A stretch of 64,000 bases of DNA, taken from assembly GCA_024137785.1 (NCBI GenBank), contig JAHRHZ010000019.1, positions 47,517,835 to 47,581,834 on the forward strand, read 5' to 3'. Source of the DNA: Ginglymostoma cirratum. Taxonomy: Eukaryota. The number at the start of each line of letters is the position of its first letter. The first letter of the stretch is position 1. The notes under the pieces were generated by a model, which saw only the letters and a program-made list of their open reading frames with translations, was not told where the DNA came from and did no database searches. Below, piece after piece: positions 13,331 through 25,644 of this stretch. The position numbers and the translations under genes were made by a program.

Positions 13331-15424
13331 TCTGTCGTGGCACTAATTACATGGCAGGGAAATCTCCTTTCCAGATGTGGTCCTGGCTGTGAGAAGTGCG
13401 AGCTAGTCAAATGGTTGGCATCCCAATTGTTACAACTCTGTCATCAGGCTTGGTGGCCATTCTGGGCACAGGGTGAAATGAAAGAGGATGTTTGTTCTAG
13501 TCGCCTAGCCTTACTATCAACCTAAAATCCAGGTTTTCCACCCTGCAGTTAGAATGTCTGAAATAGCTGCCTTACATGATTTTTGAAGGAATTCAAGAAT
13601 GTCTAATGAGGTTTGGCTGAGAGCTTGACATCCATTAGACAGTTTCAACAGCTGTATTCTTAGGGAAAATATCGCTTGATTGACCCCTCTTGCTCTGTGA
13701 TCTATTCAGTCAATTGCATTATGCTTATTTACAAAAGATAGAAGTTTCAAGTACTTGTACTGTCTGTTATTGATAATTGATGTTTGACATGTTTATGGTG
13801 CTGTAGTGAAAGAATATTTTAAATAAGTGGAAAGTTATGACTGTTTTTCCACACATTCTATAGTTAATATAGGATTCACTGGTTCTCTATAGAATTTAAA
13901 GTGGGTGAATTGACATTGAGGTGACTTACTGCATTATGGGGGCATACGAGGGTCCATGATGCTAGACAGTTGGGGGGGGGGGGTGGGGGGCGCAGACATG
14001 AGTTGGCATGGATGGGACTTGGAGATGAGGGCCAGAGGAATGTTGTTTGCTTTTCTGTCATTACTACAACTGAGACAACTTCTCAGAGTACAATGGCTTT
14101 TTTAAATAGCCTGTCTGAGGTTTCAACTGCTTCTCTGTCTGCACCTGAACTCTTTCCAGGGGTGGTAGGCCTAACCTTGTTCTCACCTGCAACCCTGAGA
14201 AGGAAAATCCTGCATTTAGTGGCAGTTTATCCTGAAGTGGGCGCTGGGAAATTTCCCAACTCTCCATAACTCCCTCAAAGATGAAAATCCAACCGATTTG
14301 TCTCCATATTCAGCACTGATGCAAATATCAGTGAAAAACATGTAGGAGGAATCGACTGTAACAATTTTCTCCAGGCTGATGTACTGCAGATGTGAGAGTC
14401 TTTCAAGTTCCAGCCTTTCTTTTTGCCCTTGTAATAGGTTGTAGGTCAAATCCAGAATGCTTAATCGTTGACTGTTTTATTGTTGACTCTCACCACACCA
14501 CACCTCCCAACCCACTCCGTGTTGCTCTTATAGTCATAGTCAGCCAAAACGTTTTTAATACTAATGGTTTAACTGGAATTGTGACTGTAAAGTTGAACAT
14601 CTTAAATACACAAATATTTCTGTTTCCAAACCACACAACATTTGAGCCATTATTTCAGGAAGGCCCTGTATGGTTTCCAAATGAATTTCAAGTTCACTGC
14701 CAGAAACAATGCAAATATCACCCAAGTGTTAGGTTTTATACTTTTTAACTCTTTCGTCCCTAGGGCTGGGATTTTCAATTCTGGTTCAGTGACCCAGTCA
14801 TCAGATCAGTTTTGGGTCCTGACCAAACGACATATCGTACTACTTCCAAATAGATATGAGCGAATTGATCCAACAGAAATTTTGGCAGGTTTTCTTCCCA
14901 GACTCTGGGAAATGCATTTCAGGAAATCAGGAATGCACGGCTGGAGATGGAGGAGGAGGTGAACATTTGTAGAGTGACTGAGAGTACATGGGTCCAGTCC
15001 TGCAAGCGCTTAAATTATCTCAAGATCTGAGATGGTGAGTGTCATGTGGCACCTGTATGACAGGACTGCACAATACACAGTGTCACAAACTTGTAGTTAT
15101 ATATATTTTGAAAAGAAAGCCAATCTGTCTTTAAAATGGAAGGACAGAACCTTACAAAGTAAATCCAAGAAATTACGTGACAACCCTGTCAATTCAGTTG
15201 GTATTGGGTCCAGACTAATTATCTCATGAAGGTATTATGAGACCTTCTGAAATTCAGTTAACATTTTCAAAGGTAAGCAAGAACTCCTTGACAATGATTC
15301 CGCTCAAGTTATTGATAGCTGTTCCTAATCTACCAACAAACTGACAAGTTGAGAACCATCCAAGCTAATGGCTTAGACAGTTAGAAGTTAATTATAATTA
15401 TAAATGATAAATATGAATAAAGGA

Positions 15425-15550
15425 CACTTGAGGGTCCTCTTCTGGTACAGATGTCGAGTCCCTACCCCTGGATCAGGCGGCTGAGATTCAAGTCCCACAT
15501 GTTCTAGAGGTGTGTAATAATATCTCTGAACAGGTTGAGTAGAAAAATAG
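15425..15550 (+). mobile_element. Possible short tRNA-derived SINE head
   Basis: tggtacag..g A-box-like and gattcaagtccc B-box-like motifs at tRNA-like spacing. Confidence 0.35.
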
Positions 15551-16199
15551 GTTAAGTTAATAAAAGACAATTGATTGGTCTAAGCTCTAGATCCAGGCCA
15601 ACCTAATACCTAACATGGAAACATGATTTGACAGTTTTGGGATAGCAGCCTATAACAGATAGATTGCAAGTTTTAAAACAAATCTATCTTCCTACTTTTG
15701 CCATCTGTCCATAAGCAGATTGTTGTTTTTTTTATTACCCCTCTTTTATGCAGTGTGGGTGCACTTCCCTTACTCCCTCTGCTTATGAGTTCTGACTTGT
15801 AAGGACCACAGAAACACTGTAGTAAAGTTAAGCCACATACTCTTTGATGAAGGGGAAATCTCACAACACAAGCATATGTATAAAAATACGATAAAATATA
15901 AAGATCAGAACAGATAAAGAGAATAAACAGATTATCAATGTGCTTTTCGAACGCACTCCACAGGTCCAAAGTTGTAATTTCTTTATAGAGGTGGATTGAT
16001 TGGTTAGCCAGCAGTTGAGGAATACTAGGTAAAGTCTTCTCTTTAACATATCTACAAAAGTCTTTACAGCAAATTTTGTTGAAACATGACTTTTGTTTCA
16101 CTGTTCTGGCAAAGGGTTTTTACTTCCAGATTACACAAATCCAGATTACACAAATACAGATTAGTGGCTAATTTTTACAGGTTAGAGACTTTTTATTCT

Positions 16200-16543
16200 T
16201 GTTTTTATTCATTCATGAAATGAGGGTGTCACTGACCAGGCAGCATTTATTGCTCAGAGGGCAGTTCAGAGTCAACCACGTTGCTGTAGGTCTAGAGTCA
16301 CATGTAGGCCAGACCAGATAAGGATGGCAGTTTCCTTCCCTAAAGGACATTAGTGAACCATATGGGTTTTTCTGATAATCAACAATGGGTCATGGTCATC
16401 ATTAGCTTTTTAATTCCACATATTTTATTGAATTCAAATTCCACCATTTGCTATGGCGGGATTCTAACCTGGGTCCCCAGAATGTTATCTGGCTCTCTGG
16501 ATTAACTGACCAGCAATAATACCACTAGGCCATTGCCTCTCCC
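16200..16543 (-). mobile_element. tRNA-derived SINE family 2 (SacSINE1-like), full length
   Basis: The reverse complement starts GGGAGAGGCAATGGCCTAGTGGTATTATTGCTGG (A box), has a degenerate B box and ends in GCAATAAATGCTG...ATGAATGAATAAAAA. Confidence 0.85.
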
Positions 16544-16926
16544 TATTCCCTTTATAGACCGCAGGTAAGGATGTTGACTTTATCAGTAAATATTTTATGG
16601 AGCAGCACTGACTACTAAACTGTCTGCTGTTTCAAAATTGTATAGTTAAAAGGCTGTTAAGTTTAGTACTGTGGGAGTCATATGATCAAATTTCCTTGGG
16701 GTGGATTAGCAGATAGCCAACTGTCCATGGCCCATTCTAGTGGTTTAGGGGAAATTCATTAATACACTTCCTCGTAGGATGAGTGTACCCTGCAACTCTG
16801 TTATGTAAGGTTACTTTTCCGTAGTACATTACAACAAAATTATTTGCATTCCAGGCCCATCAAGCAGCACACGAGGTTGATTGTCTGCCTGACATTGACT
16901 TTGGAAAAGCTTCTAGAAAGTTGCTG

Positions 16927-17737
16927 TTTTTTTATTCATTCACTCATGGGACATGGGCATTGCTAGCTGGCCTGCATTTGTTGCCCATCCTTAGATGCCA
17001 TTGGGAAGATGGTGGTGAGCAGTCGTCTTGAACTGATGCGGTCCCTATGCTGTGGTTTGACCCACAATGCCATTAGGGAAGGGATTCCAAGAGTTTGACC
17101 TAGTGACAGGAAGGGAATGACGGTGTACTTCCGAGCCAGGATAGTGAATGGCTTGGAGGGGGACTTGCTGGTAGTGGTGTTCCCATGTATCTGCTGCCCT
17201 TGTCCTACAAAGTTGTCCTACACTCAGCAAGTGCTGAGTGTTCTATCATACTCTTGACTTGTAACTTGTAGATGGTGGATGGCCTTTGGGGAGTCAGAAA
17301 GTGAGTTATTTTCCACAGTATTCCTAGCTTCTGACCTGCTATTGTGGCCACTGTATTTATATGGCGAGTTAAGTTGAGTTCTGGTCAATGGTAGACCCCA
17401 GGCTGCTGAAATGAGGGATTCAGTGATGATAACTGCATTGAATGTCAAGGGGAGGTGGTTAAATTGACTCTTATTGGAGATTGTCATTGCCTAGCATTTG
17501 TGTGGCACAACTATAACTTGCCACTTGTCATCCCAAGCCTGATATGTCCAGATCTTGTTGCCTTTGTGGACTGCTTCATTTTTTGAGGAGTCATGAACGT
17601 GCTGAACATTGTGCAATCACCAGCGAAAATCCTAACGTCTAACCTTGTGATGAAGGGAAGGTCATTGATGAGGCAGCTAAAGATGGTTGGGCCTAGGACA
17701 CTAGCTGAGGAACTCCTGCAGAGATGTCCGGGAACTG
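16927..17737 (-). mobile_element. Second CR1-clade LINE family, 3' end
   Basis: Same family as 45151-46712 (ITESLI..GLPLT; ACAAGTCAAGAGTATGATAGAACACTC). The tail GGGCAACAAATGCAGGCCAGC...ATGAGTGAATGAAT is shared with SINE family 2. Confidence 0.8.
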
Positions 17738-17739
17738 AG

Positions 17740-17940
17740 TGGAGGCTGGGTCAATTAATATACCCAAAGCTGAATTGGACAGATTTTTGAATGACAAGGG
17801 AGTCAATGGTACAGTGAACAGTCTGGAAAGTGAAGTTAAGGCTGCAACAGATCAGCCATGATCTTACTGACTGGTGGGCAGAGGTGAGGGGGAAGAGCGA
17901 AATAATCTACATCCACTCCCATTTCCTTTGTTCTTATTTG
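17740..17940 (+). mobile_element. CR1 3' tail
   Basis: agatcagccatgatcttactgactggtgg..agagg motif. Confidence 0.6.
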
Positions 17941-18289
17941 TTCTCATCACCCTTCCTGAATCACTTCAGCAGAGTAGGCGACCATGTTTCTATTACAGCT
18001 CATACTGCTAAACGAAATTTTCCCTTGTAGCATTTCATTTGGGAAATTATGTATTGTTCTTTTGTGCATGAGAATGCATTAGGTAATACCTTAATCCACT
18101 AATTGAGTTGTTTGACAATTGTTGGAGTATATCCATAGATGGGAATTCATAGGCATTGGAACAAGTATTCTGAAACAAGACTAGTTCACACCAGTTTCTG
18201 TGCCAGACTTGAACATTTTCCCCATATTTTCTCATCTAAGCAATTTTTTCTTTCTCCCTCACGTGCTTGACTAACTTCCTCCAAATGTT

Positions 18290-18960
18290 TCTATATTGTT
18301 CACTTCAACCAATCCCCATGGTAGCGAGTTCCAAATCTTACCACTTTTTTGAGTAAAGAAAACTCATCTGCATTTTGGATCTTTTGGTGACTATTTTGTG
18401 TTGATGGCATCTAATCATGCTCTACTCCAGAAAAGAAACATTCTGTCTGTATCCACTCCATAAAACCATTCATAATTTTAAAAACTTCTGTTACATCATC
18501 CTTCAAGTCTTCTTCTTTCAAAAGAAAAGAGATATCATTGCTCGAGAATCTTCTCTGCACTGTCTCTGGTATCTCTGTACCCTTTTTAATAGAATAGCAT
18601 GCAGTACCCTAAGTGGTACGATAAGTTCAACTAAAGTTCAGTATAGGTTTGGCATAAAATTTTCCCTACTTATCAGTTCTATCCCTCCAGAAATAAAGCC
18701 CAGCCCTTAGTTTTCTGTGTTCGTAATCTGTGTTGGAAAGCTTAGTGATTAGTGAATTTGTACTCAGAGATTTCTTTGTTCCTCTGCCCACTTAGACTTC
18801 TAACTTTCAAGAAATGTGACCACTCTATTCTTCCTACCAATGTGTGCTACCTCACATTTATGTGTGTTGAAATTTATTTGCCAATTATTTGCCCATTCTA
18901 CAGTTTACTAATGTGTGCCTGTAATTTGTTGCAGTCCACCTCAGTATTAACCAGCCACTT
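18290..18960 (-). mobile_element. Decayed CR1 fragment
   Basis: gagttccaaatcttaccact and ctacctcacattta..tgttgaaattt motifs of the CR1 RT C-terminal region. Confidence 0.55.
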
Positions 18961-21900
18961 TCCCTTTCCAGGCTATGTAAAGTCTATAGTGTACTCAAGT
19001 CAAGATAAAAGAACTCCTGTTAAGATTGACTGCTATTCCTTGTAACTCATATCTTCAAGGGATGCTCCTTGCATTCATAAGGCAATAGAATAGCATTACA
19101 ATAGACCATGCCCTAGTTTACAACTTCCAGACAATAATTACAATGCAGTAATTCAATAGATAAATACTGGCAGTAGCATGTGTTTTTATTAGACACTGTT
19201 TTGCTGAGTTATGATGTGTCATTCTTCTAATCTAGTAGCTCTTTTGCTCACCATAAATGGAAGCTATTTGATGTCTGACTCTCTTCAAAGGCTTCAGATA
19301 ACCTTTCAAGAAAAACACCCATTAACTTCAGATCAAAACCAAATAGAATTAAACAACCATTTATTAAATTCAAAAGTGAATTGGATCATTCCCCTGTGAA
19401 TGAAGATTATTTTAAGTACGTATGTAAAATGACAAAATTAAGGAAACTCATATCAAATTAAATATTGGATAAAGATACTTAATTTCGACCACAACCTTCA
19501 CATCAGTAACAAGTCAGTTCAGTCTCATTGTAAACACATGTTTATCTTTTTAAACAATTTTATGCTAACTCTTCCTGTAACTTCAATTACTTTCTGAAAT
19601 TTGTTAACATTTCACTCTTGGATGAATTCCAAACCATTATATCGTCCACGTGCTCAGAATTAAAAGTGCTCAAGTATCATATAAATAGTTGCTACACCTC
19701 CAGCATTAAGGCAATATGAAAATGTATTGAATATGTATAACTTGGAGCTCGTGTTTTCCAATTTCAATTGCTGAAGGCTTGACGAATATTTATATTTTAC
19801 GCTGAAACTTTCTAAATTTTATATTTGAAGATTTCCATTTTAGTATTTCTGTTTAAACCTCTGGTGTCAACTCAAACTCTCAACTTACCATTCACTTAGT
19901 GAACAATTAATGAGAAATTCAAGCATTTTATTTGTTTCCACCAATGTATAAAACTCCGCTTTTTTTACCACAGTACAGACAGCACTTTTCTGAATGGTCT
20001 ATTCATTTGTTCAACAATCTTGTTCTCCAGTTTTCTGCAGTAAATGTAACTTACCCCCACCAATGCTCAGTTCTCAAAAATAACTTTAAAAATGTAATTT
20101 TGAACCTTTTTTTGACGTCATTATAGAGAGCTAAGCGGTGAATTGTTTGCCTTTACCTAGATTGTTGCCACCATTCCCTCTGTCTAACATGATTTTACAG
20201 TCACTGAGAAATGTGCAAAAATAACTATCAATTGAGTACTCCCACATGTATACACTTCAAATTAATTTATACAATTTGCATCTGGGATGTTTAATTTGGA
20301 AAACTCCTTTCAGCTAATTTTTACAACAGGCATTCCATTTTAGAACTTGTAGACTATGCAGTTTTCTTTGGAGATGTAACTGCATCTACTTCACATCTTC
20401 ATATTAAATGTTGCAACCTGTTTCCTCTTTAATTTTGCAGAAGTCACACTTACATTCAGCTATCATTACATTCAAATACTTTTCAGTTGTGGTTTTGAGA
20501 GTTCCCAGAGTTCAGCTTCAAAATCCTAATATGAGCTCCTTTTTACAATGGGTCAGTCCCAATTTTTTGACTCAATAGGTAGAATCTTACGAGGCTTTGA
20601 GAACATGGACTGTGGAGAGATGTGGTGCTTAATCAGGAGACAGATATTCAGCTAAGCCCACCTTAACATTACATAATCTTGTAGATATTTTAATCAACTT
20701 TTCAATGTGTTATTAATACCTCAAATGCAGGCTAGATCTGAACCAGGGCCTTCCGCCATATCCTGTGCACTTTTCTCAAGCGAAGTTTTAACTAGACAAG
20801 AACAAGTTCCCAACTGACAATTATTATCACTTGTTAAATGCTTTGTTAACAGTCTAACTGGCCACTGATAACGATTTTACCAAATTCACTTTACAAACTA
20901 CTCATCGGCAAAAAGTAAACCTGGAAACCAGAGCTGGTTCTTGGCGGGTTCAACCGCTGCTTGCTCCAAACGACCACCAGGGGCAGCATCTCAGGACGCA
21001 TGCCATGGGCACTGACCACACTGAATCCTAATCCATGGTCGTTGGCATCCGACATATGCCAGCCCCTAAGAATCGTCATGGATCATTTGCAAACCACTTA
21101 CAGGATGTTTATGAACTGCACCTGCACTATCATTTTAATGTCACTGTAAGGACACTGTGCACTCGGGGGGAAACACCCAGCTCCTGGACTGGATCACTGC
21201 ATCTGCAGGCTCTGAGCTTGCTCTCATAATGCTCACTCACTCTGACCAGGCCTGAATGGTCACAACATCACTATCTTACATTTTCTTGCCTTGCCTTTTT
21301 GCGCTTTGACCCTTCAGCCAGCAATCCAGCCTAATATTACTACTGTCTTGCCATGCCATTTAACATAGATGAAATGGAAGGAAACTTCTCATGAATGTCA
21401 CAGACCTCTGTCTTCAAGAGGAATAGCCCTTACATAGGAGATCCTAGGATAGTAAATCAAGAGCAGCCTCTGATATCAATCCAGGGCCTGCGCGATGTAG
21501 TCTGAATCAGGATCTTATCCTTATAAGGGCTAAGGAGATGAATGACGGATAGCACACCACCCATTTGGTGTCTTTCTGCCCTTTTGTGGGCCGTTTTCCT
21601 TGTGAAATGAGACAGAGGCAGATATTACAGAAAACAAAAGTGGTAACACAGCAGTACTGTTGGTGCACGTGGGAGGTTTCCTCAACGATTTTAGTAGGTA
21701 GCGCAGAGCAATGCGGGGTTGATAGCACATGTGGGTGAGTTGGGAGGATGTTGTAGGCAGTGGTGAGAGACGGTACAGCATAACCCTTGGTGGAAGGTAG
21801 ATACAGTAGCAGTAATTGAAGGAGTGTGGGGTATCCAAACGGCTGAGAATGTTTTAAGCCACGTGTCAACCACAGACTAGGCAGGCATGTCCTGGTGTCA

Positions 21901-22217
21901 TAGCCTCTGTTGCTCGTCCTGGGGAAGAGGACAAGCCACCTATGCGCCACCCCATTGAGCAGGACCTCCAGGACCCAATTTTCATCTATCTGTCATGTCA
22001 GGGCAAATGTCAGAAATGGTACAGGGTGACTCTGACTGACAGTGCTCATCTGTACACATAATGGCTTTTTAAAGATGGCCTGAGTGCAAGGCATGCTGGT
22101 GACTTCTGGGATATCCAGTGACTGTTGAGTTGTCTGGGAACAACATTTGATAAGGTGGGAGCAGAAATTAGACACAATTCTTGCTGCAAGGACTCAAACA
22201 ACAATTAATGCACCATG

Positions 22218-22392
22218 ATAACAAGATGTGAAGCTGGATGAACACAGCAGGCCAAGCACCATCATAGGAGCAGGAAAGCTTGACGTTTCGGGCCTAGACC
22301 CTTCATCAGAAATTCTGGCCTGCTGCGTTCATCCAGCTCCACACCTTGTTATCTCGGATTCTCCAGCATCTGCAGTACCTATTATCTCTGAT
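22218..22392. mobile_element. Short Penelope-derived hairpin element with 17-bp TSD
   Basis: ACAATTAATGCACCATG is duplicated at 22201-22217 and 22393-22409. Inverted arms (gataacaag..gctggatgaacacagcaggcc) and a hammerhead core on the minus strand. Confidence 0.85.
22280..22312 (-). ncRNA. Minimal hammerhead ribozyme motif (intact core)
   Basis: The reverse complement reads TTT-CTGATGA-A-GGGTCTAGGCCC-GAAAC-GTC-AAG, giving CUGAUGA, stem II, GAAA, a palindromic ACGU stem III and a GUC cleavage triplet. Confidence 0.65.
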
Positions 22393-22418
22393 ACAATTAA
22401 TGCACCATGTTTGGTAAA

Positions 22419-22757
22419 ATCATAGATCATAGAATCCCTACAGTGTCGAAACAAGCCCTTCGGCCCAACAAGTCCACACCGACTCTCACAGCATCCCAGC
22501 CAGACCCATCCCCCTATAACCCACCTAATCTACACATCCCTGAACACTACAGGCAATTTAGCATGGCCAGTCCACCTAGCCTGCACATCTTTGGACTGTG
22601 GGAGGAAACTAGAGCACCCAGAGGAAACCCATGCAGACACAGGGAGAACGTGCAGACTCCACACAGACAGTCGCCCAAGGTTGGAATCGAACCTGGGTCC
22701 CTGGCACTGTGAGGCCATAGTGCTAACCACTGAGCCACCGTGCCACCATGCTACCCC
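22419..22757 (-). mobile_element. HE1-type SINE
   Basis: The reverse complement has GGCACGGTGGCTCAGTGGTTAGCACT...GGGACCCAGGTTCGATTCC, the HE1 core and a GATTCTATGAT tail. Confidence 0.93.
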
Positions 22758-24569
22758 CCACATGGCCGTCTTAATGTAGCGAATGCTGATGCGCAGTTCC
22801 AAACCGGAAAGTTGTTGCATTGCTCTTCGTGTTTTCCCTATCCTGTCAATAGGTTGAGATTCAATATTACTTGCAAGTGTGATTCGGGAGACGTAGCTCC
22901 AAGTAACGTTCACCTAATGACAGCTAAATGCCTGTTTGGACTTCATTAATTGTCGTGAGTCTTTGGTTGCTTGTTGATTGGGTGATGGATCATTAGAATT
23001 TATTCTTGGATGGTTACTTGGGGGTTTTCCTGGCCTCTCTGGGAGCTTTGTCATTAAAAATTGCAGTTGGGTTGCTCCTTAGGGCTTTATGCGTATTAGC
23101 CCTGGTAATTTAAAAATTGTATAGATGTTTATTTGGGGATATCGTGGTGATCCAAGATTAAACATTCTGGGCTTTATGCCTGCAATGCAAAAATATGGTG
23201 AGAAAGCGTGCTTGTTTTCATAGCAAGAATCTCTCCACAAAATCAATGTCACTTGGACAGCCAAAAATCTGTAAGATTCAGCCCAATGGAAGAGCCAAAT
23301 TTGGATGACCATTTGTTGCACATTGTACTATTTGAGTGGCTTCTGTGACCATTCGAATAAAATCTACCATTTAATCTGCAACATTCCAATTCTGATTATC
23401 GGTTGGCAAAAGAGGTTATGGTTTCTTGTCCAGTCATCCCTCCTGGATATTCTTGGTTCCTGAATGCTGCAAAGGTTGAGATTAACTATAATGTCTTTCA
23501 CTGCCAAGTAGCCTGTCAACATTCTTTGTGTATGTCATGTCAAGGAGAGTCTTTTATGACAAATTACCATAGGGATTTTCTTCGTCACATCAAGCAGGAG
23601 TCAGTGGCTTCCAGAGAGGAACAGAGAAGATTAGAGATCAAAATGTACAAAAATAACTTTTATATTACTTGTAATTTTAAAAATTAATTTATAAGAAATG
23701 GGAATCACTGGCAAGTTGCCTCTCTCTACTTGCCCTATTTTTTAACATAGCCATTTAAAGGAAACAAATTTTGCATATTAAAAAGACTTCAACAGAGATC
23801 TTACCAGATTATTTTTTGGTGCTTGACACTTTGTTTGTTCCAGAAGCGCCCTGAGATTTCCCTTTGTTTATTTCAGTACGGTTACTACCACTACTGACTG
23901 TCTGCCTTGATTGCATGGTGAAATCAATTAATAGTTCTGTTCTTCGATATAATTGCAGCCTTGTCTATGGAGTATGAATTTTCTGCAGTTGTTGTCTCAG
24001 TCTTAAAATTATGTGAATTCATTGAAATTTATTCTAAAATCCTTTCTGTCAACACCTGTGGTAAATAATCAGTACATTCTTTAGATGTTTTTTGTAAATT
24101 GAAAATTAACGTTATAGGTACCAGTTGCTTTTGTAGTGTGTGCAATTTATTGTTGATCATTGTACTGAGGAGTCATCCCAAAAACAATGCCATTGTTCTG
24201 CTGACTAAAGGAATATCTTAATTAGGCAAGGGATGTTTTACCAATACAAACACTCACTAATACTGCATTGGAAGAGATGTTGGAGAAATTAATTGAAGTA
24301 GATGGTGTTGACTATCCGCTAGCTGTAAAGCATGCCCAAGAAGAGGATATGGGGAAAGGACAAGAAAATAGAATTAGCATGGATAATTCCAGTCGTATAC
24401 CTAATGCTGGCATAAGCCTGTAGTTTCTATGATTCTGTCAGTCCAGAATTACATATATGGTGCATATGTGATAACCAGTAGTTGCTAGCTCTGTGGCTTA
24501 TCCTTAGAATAAAATTGCACCACTTCTAAAGTGTAAATTGATTAAGATGACAGAGAATATTTACATTTG

Positions 24570-25312
24570 TATAGAATCATGCACTGCAGAAGGGGACCTA
24601 TTGGTCCTTTGTGTCTGTACTTGCTCTCTGAGCATTTTAACTTTGTGCTAATTTTTTTCTTCATTCATTCATGGGATGAAGGTGTCACTGGCTAGGCAGT
24701 ATTTATTGCCCCTAGGGCAGATGAGAGTCAACCACATTGCTGTGGGTCTGGAGTCATATGTGGGCCAGACCAGGTAAGAATGGCAGTCTCCTTCCCTAAA
24801 GGACATTAGTGAACCAGGTGGGTTTTTCCCCAACAATTGGCAATGGATTCATAGTCATCATTAGATTCTTAATTCCAGATATTTATTGAGTTCAGATTCC
24901 ACCATCTGCTGTGGTGGGATTTGAACCCAGGTCCTCAGAATGTTAGCTGGGTGTCTGGATTAACAGTCCAGTGATAATACCAGTAGACCATTGCCACCCC
25001 CAGCCTTTATGCTGTAACCGTGAAAGTTGTTTCTGTTTAAATAATCGTCCAGTGCCTCCTTGAATGCCCCAATCGAACCTGTCTCCACCACACTTCCAGG
25101 CTGTGCATTTCTTACCCTAACTACTTGCTACGTGAAAACATTTTTCCTCACCTTGCCTTTGTTTCTTTTGCAAAACATTCTAAAACTGTACCCTCAGGTT
25201 CTCGATCTGGTTATGGGTAGAAACAGTTTCTCCCTATCCACCTTGTCCAGTCCCCTCGAAATATTGGAAACTTTTGTCAAATTTGCTCTTAGCCTTCTCC
25301 TTTCCAAGGAAT
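24570..25312 (-). mobile_element. CR1 3' fragment interrupted by a SINE
   Basis: atagaatcat tail and ttctccctatccaccttgtccag motif. Confidence 0.7.
24652..25001 (-). mobile_element. tRNA-derived SINE family 2 (SacSINE1-like)
   Basis: The reverse complement has GGTTCAAATCCCACC (B box) and the shared core and tail. Confidence 0.85.
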
Positions 25313-25644
25313 AGTTCCCCTAACATACAGAAAACTCAATTCAGTGTGTTTCACAATTGTGAAAAACAGTAAAAGTTAACAATAGGAAGATCAGAAAACT
25401 AAATGAGAAAAACATGATGGTGAAGCTGAAAGATCTCGTCAAAAATGGAGCAGAGTTGGAAAAGTGTTGCGGTTTGGGAAGGGAGGAGACCAATGAGGGG
25501 TTTGAAAATAGGTATGAGAATTTTTTAAGTCAAGCTGTTGCTTGACCCGGAGCCATTGAGCTAATCTGGTACATTTACAGATCTCAGGATTACACCAGTG
25601 CTATGTGCTAATCAAAGTAGAAATAGCAGATTATGTCAGACGAA

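Larger units (their letters stand above)
20577..23284 (-). mobile_element. PIF/Harbinger-like DNA transposon, decayed, with nested PLE hairpin and HE1
   Basis: Imperfect TIRs AGGTAGAATCTTAC and GTAAGATTCAGCCC (11/14) are both flanked by AAT, a 3-bp TSD. Minus-strand remnants DIPEVTSMPCTQAI..LCVQ and SVVDT.LKTF.RLD resemble the HARBI1 motifs GxIDCTHV, SLNVQ and VEQxIGxLKxRFRCLD. Confidence 0.5.

Noticed and set aside
14064-14449. Overlapping minus-strand ORFs (LLQGQKERLELERL..., PLNAGFSFSGLQ) in apparently non-repetitive intron sequence, possibly an antisense exon or pseudogene
   Set aside because: No recognisable protein family and no phase-consistent partner exons. The FSFSGL resemblance to Kae1/OSGEPL1 is too short to support a call.
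16125-16163. Short tandem repeat (TCCAGATTACACAAA about 2.5 times)
   Set aside because: A simple local duplication with no spacers. Not CRISPR-like, and the context is eukaryotic.
19200-20500. AT-rich stretch that might be an old transposon or an exon
   Set aside because: No interpretable motif, termini or splice-consistent frame.
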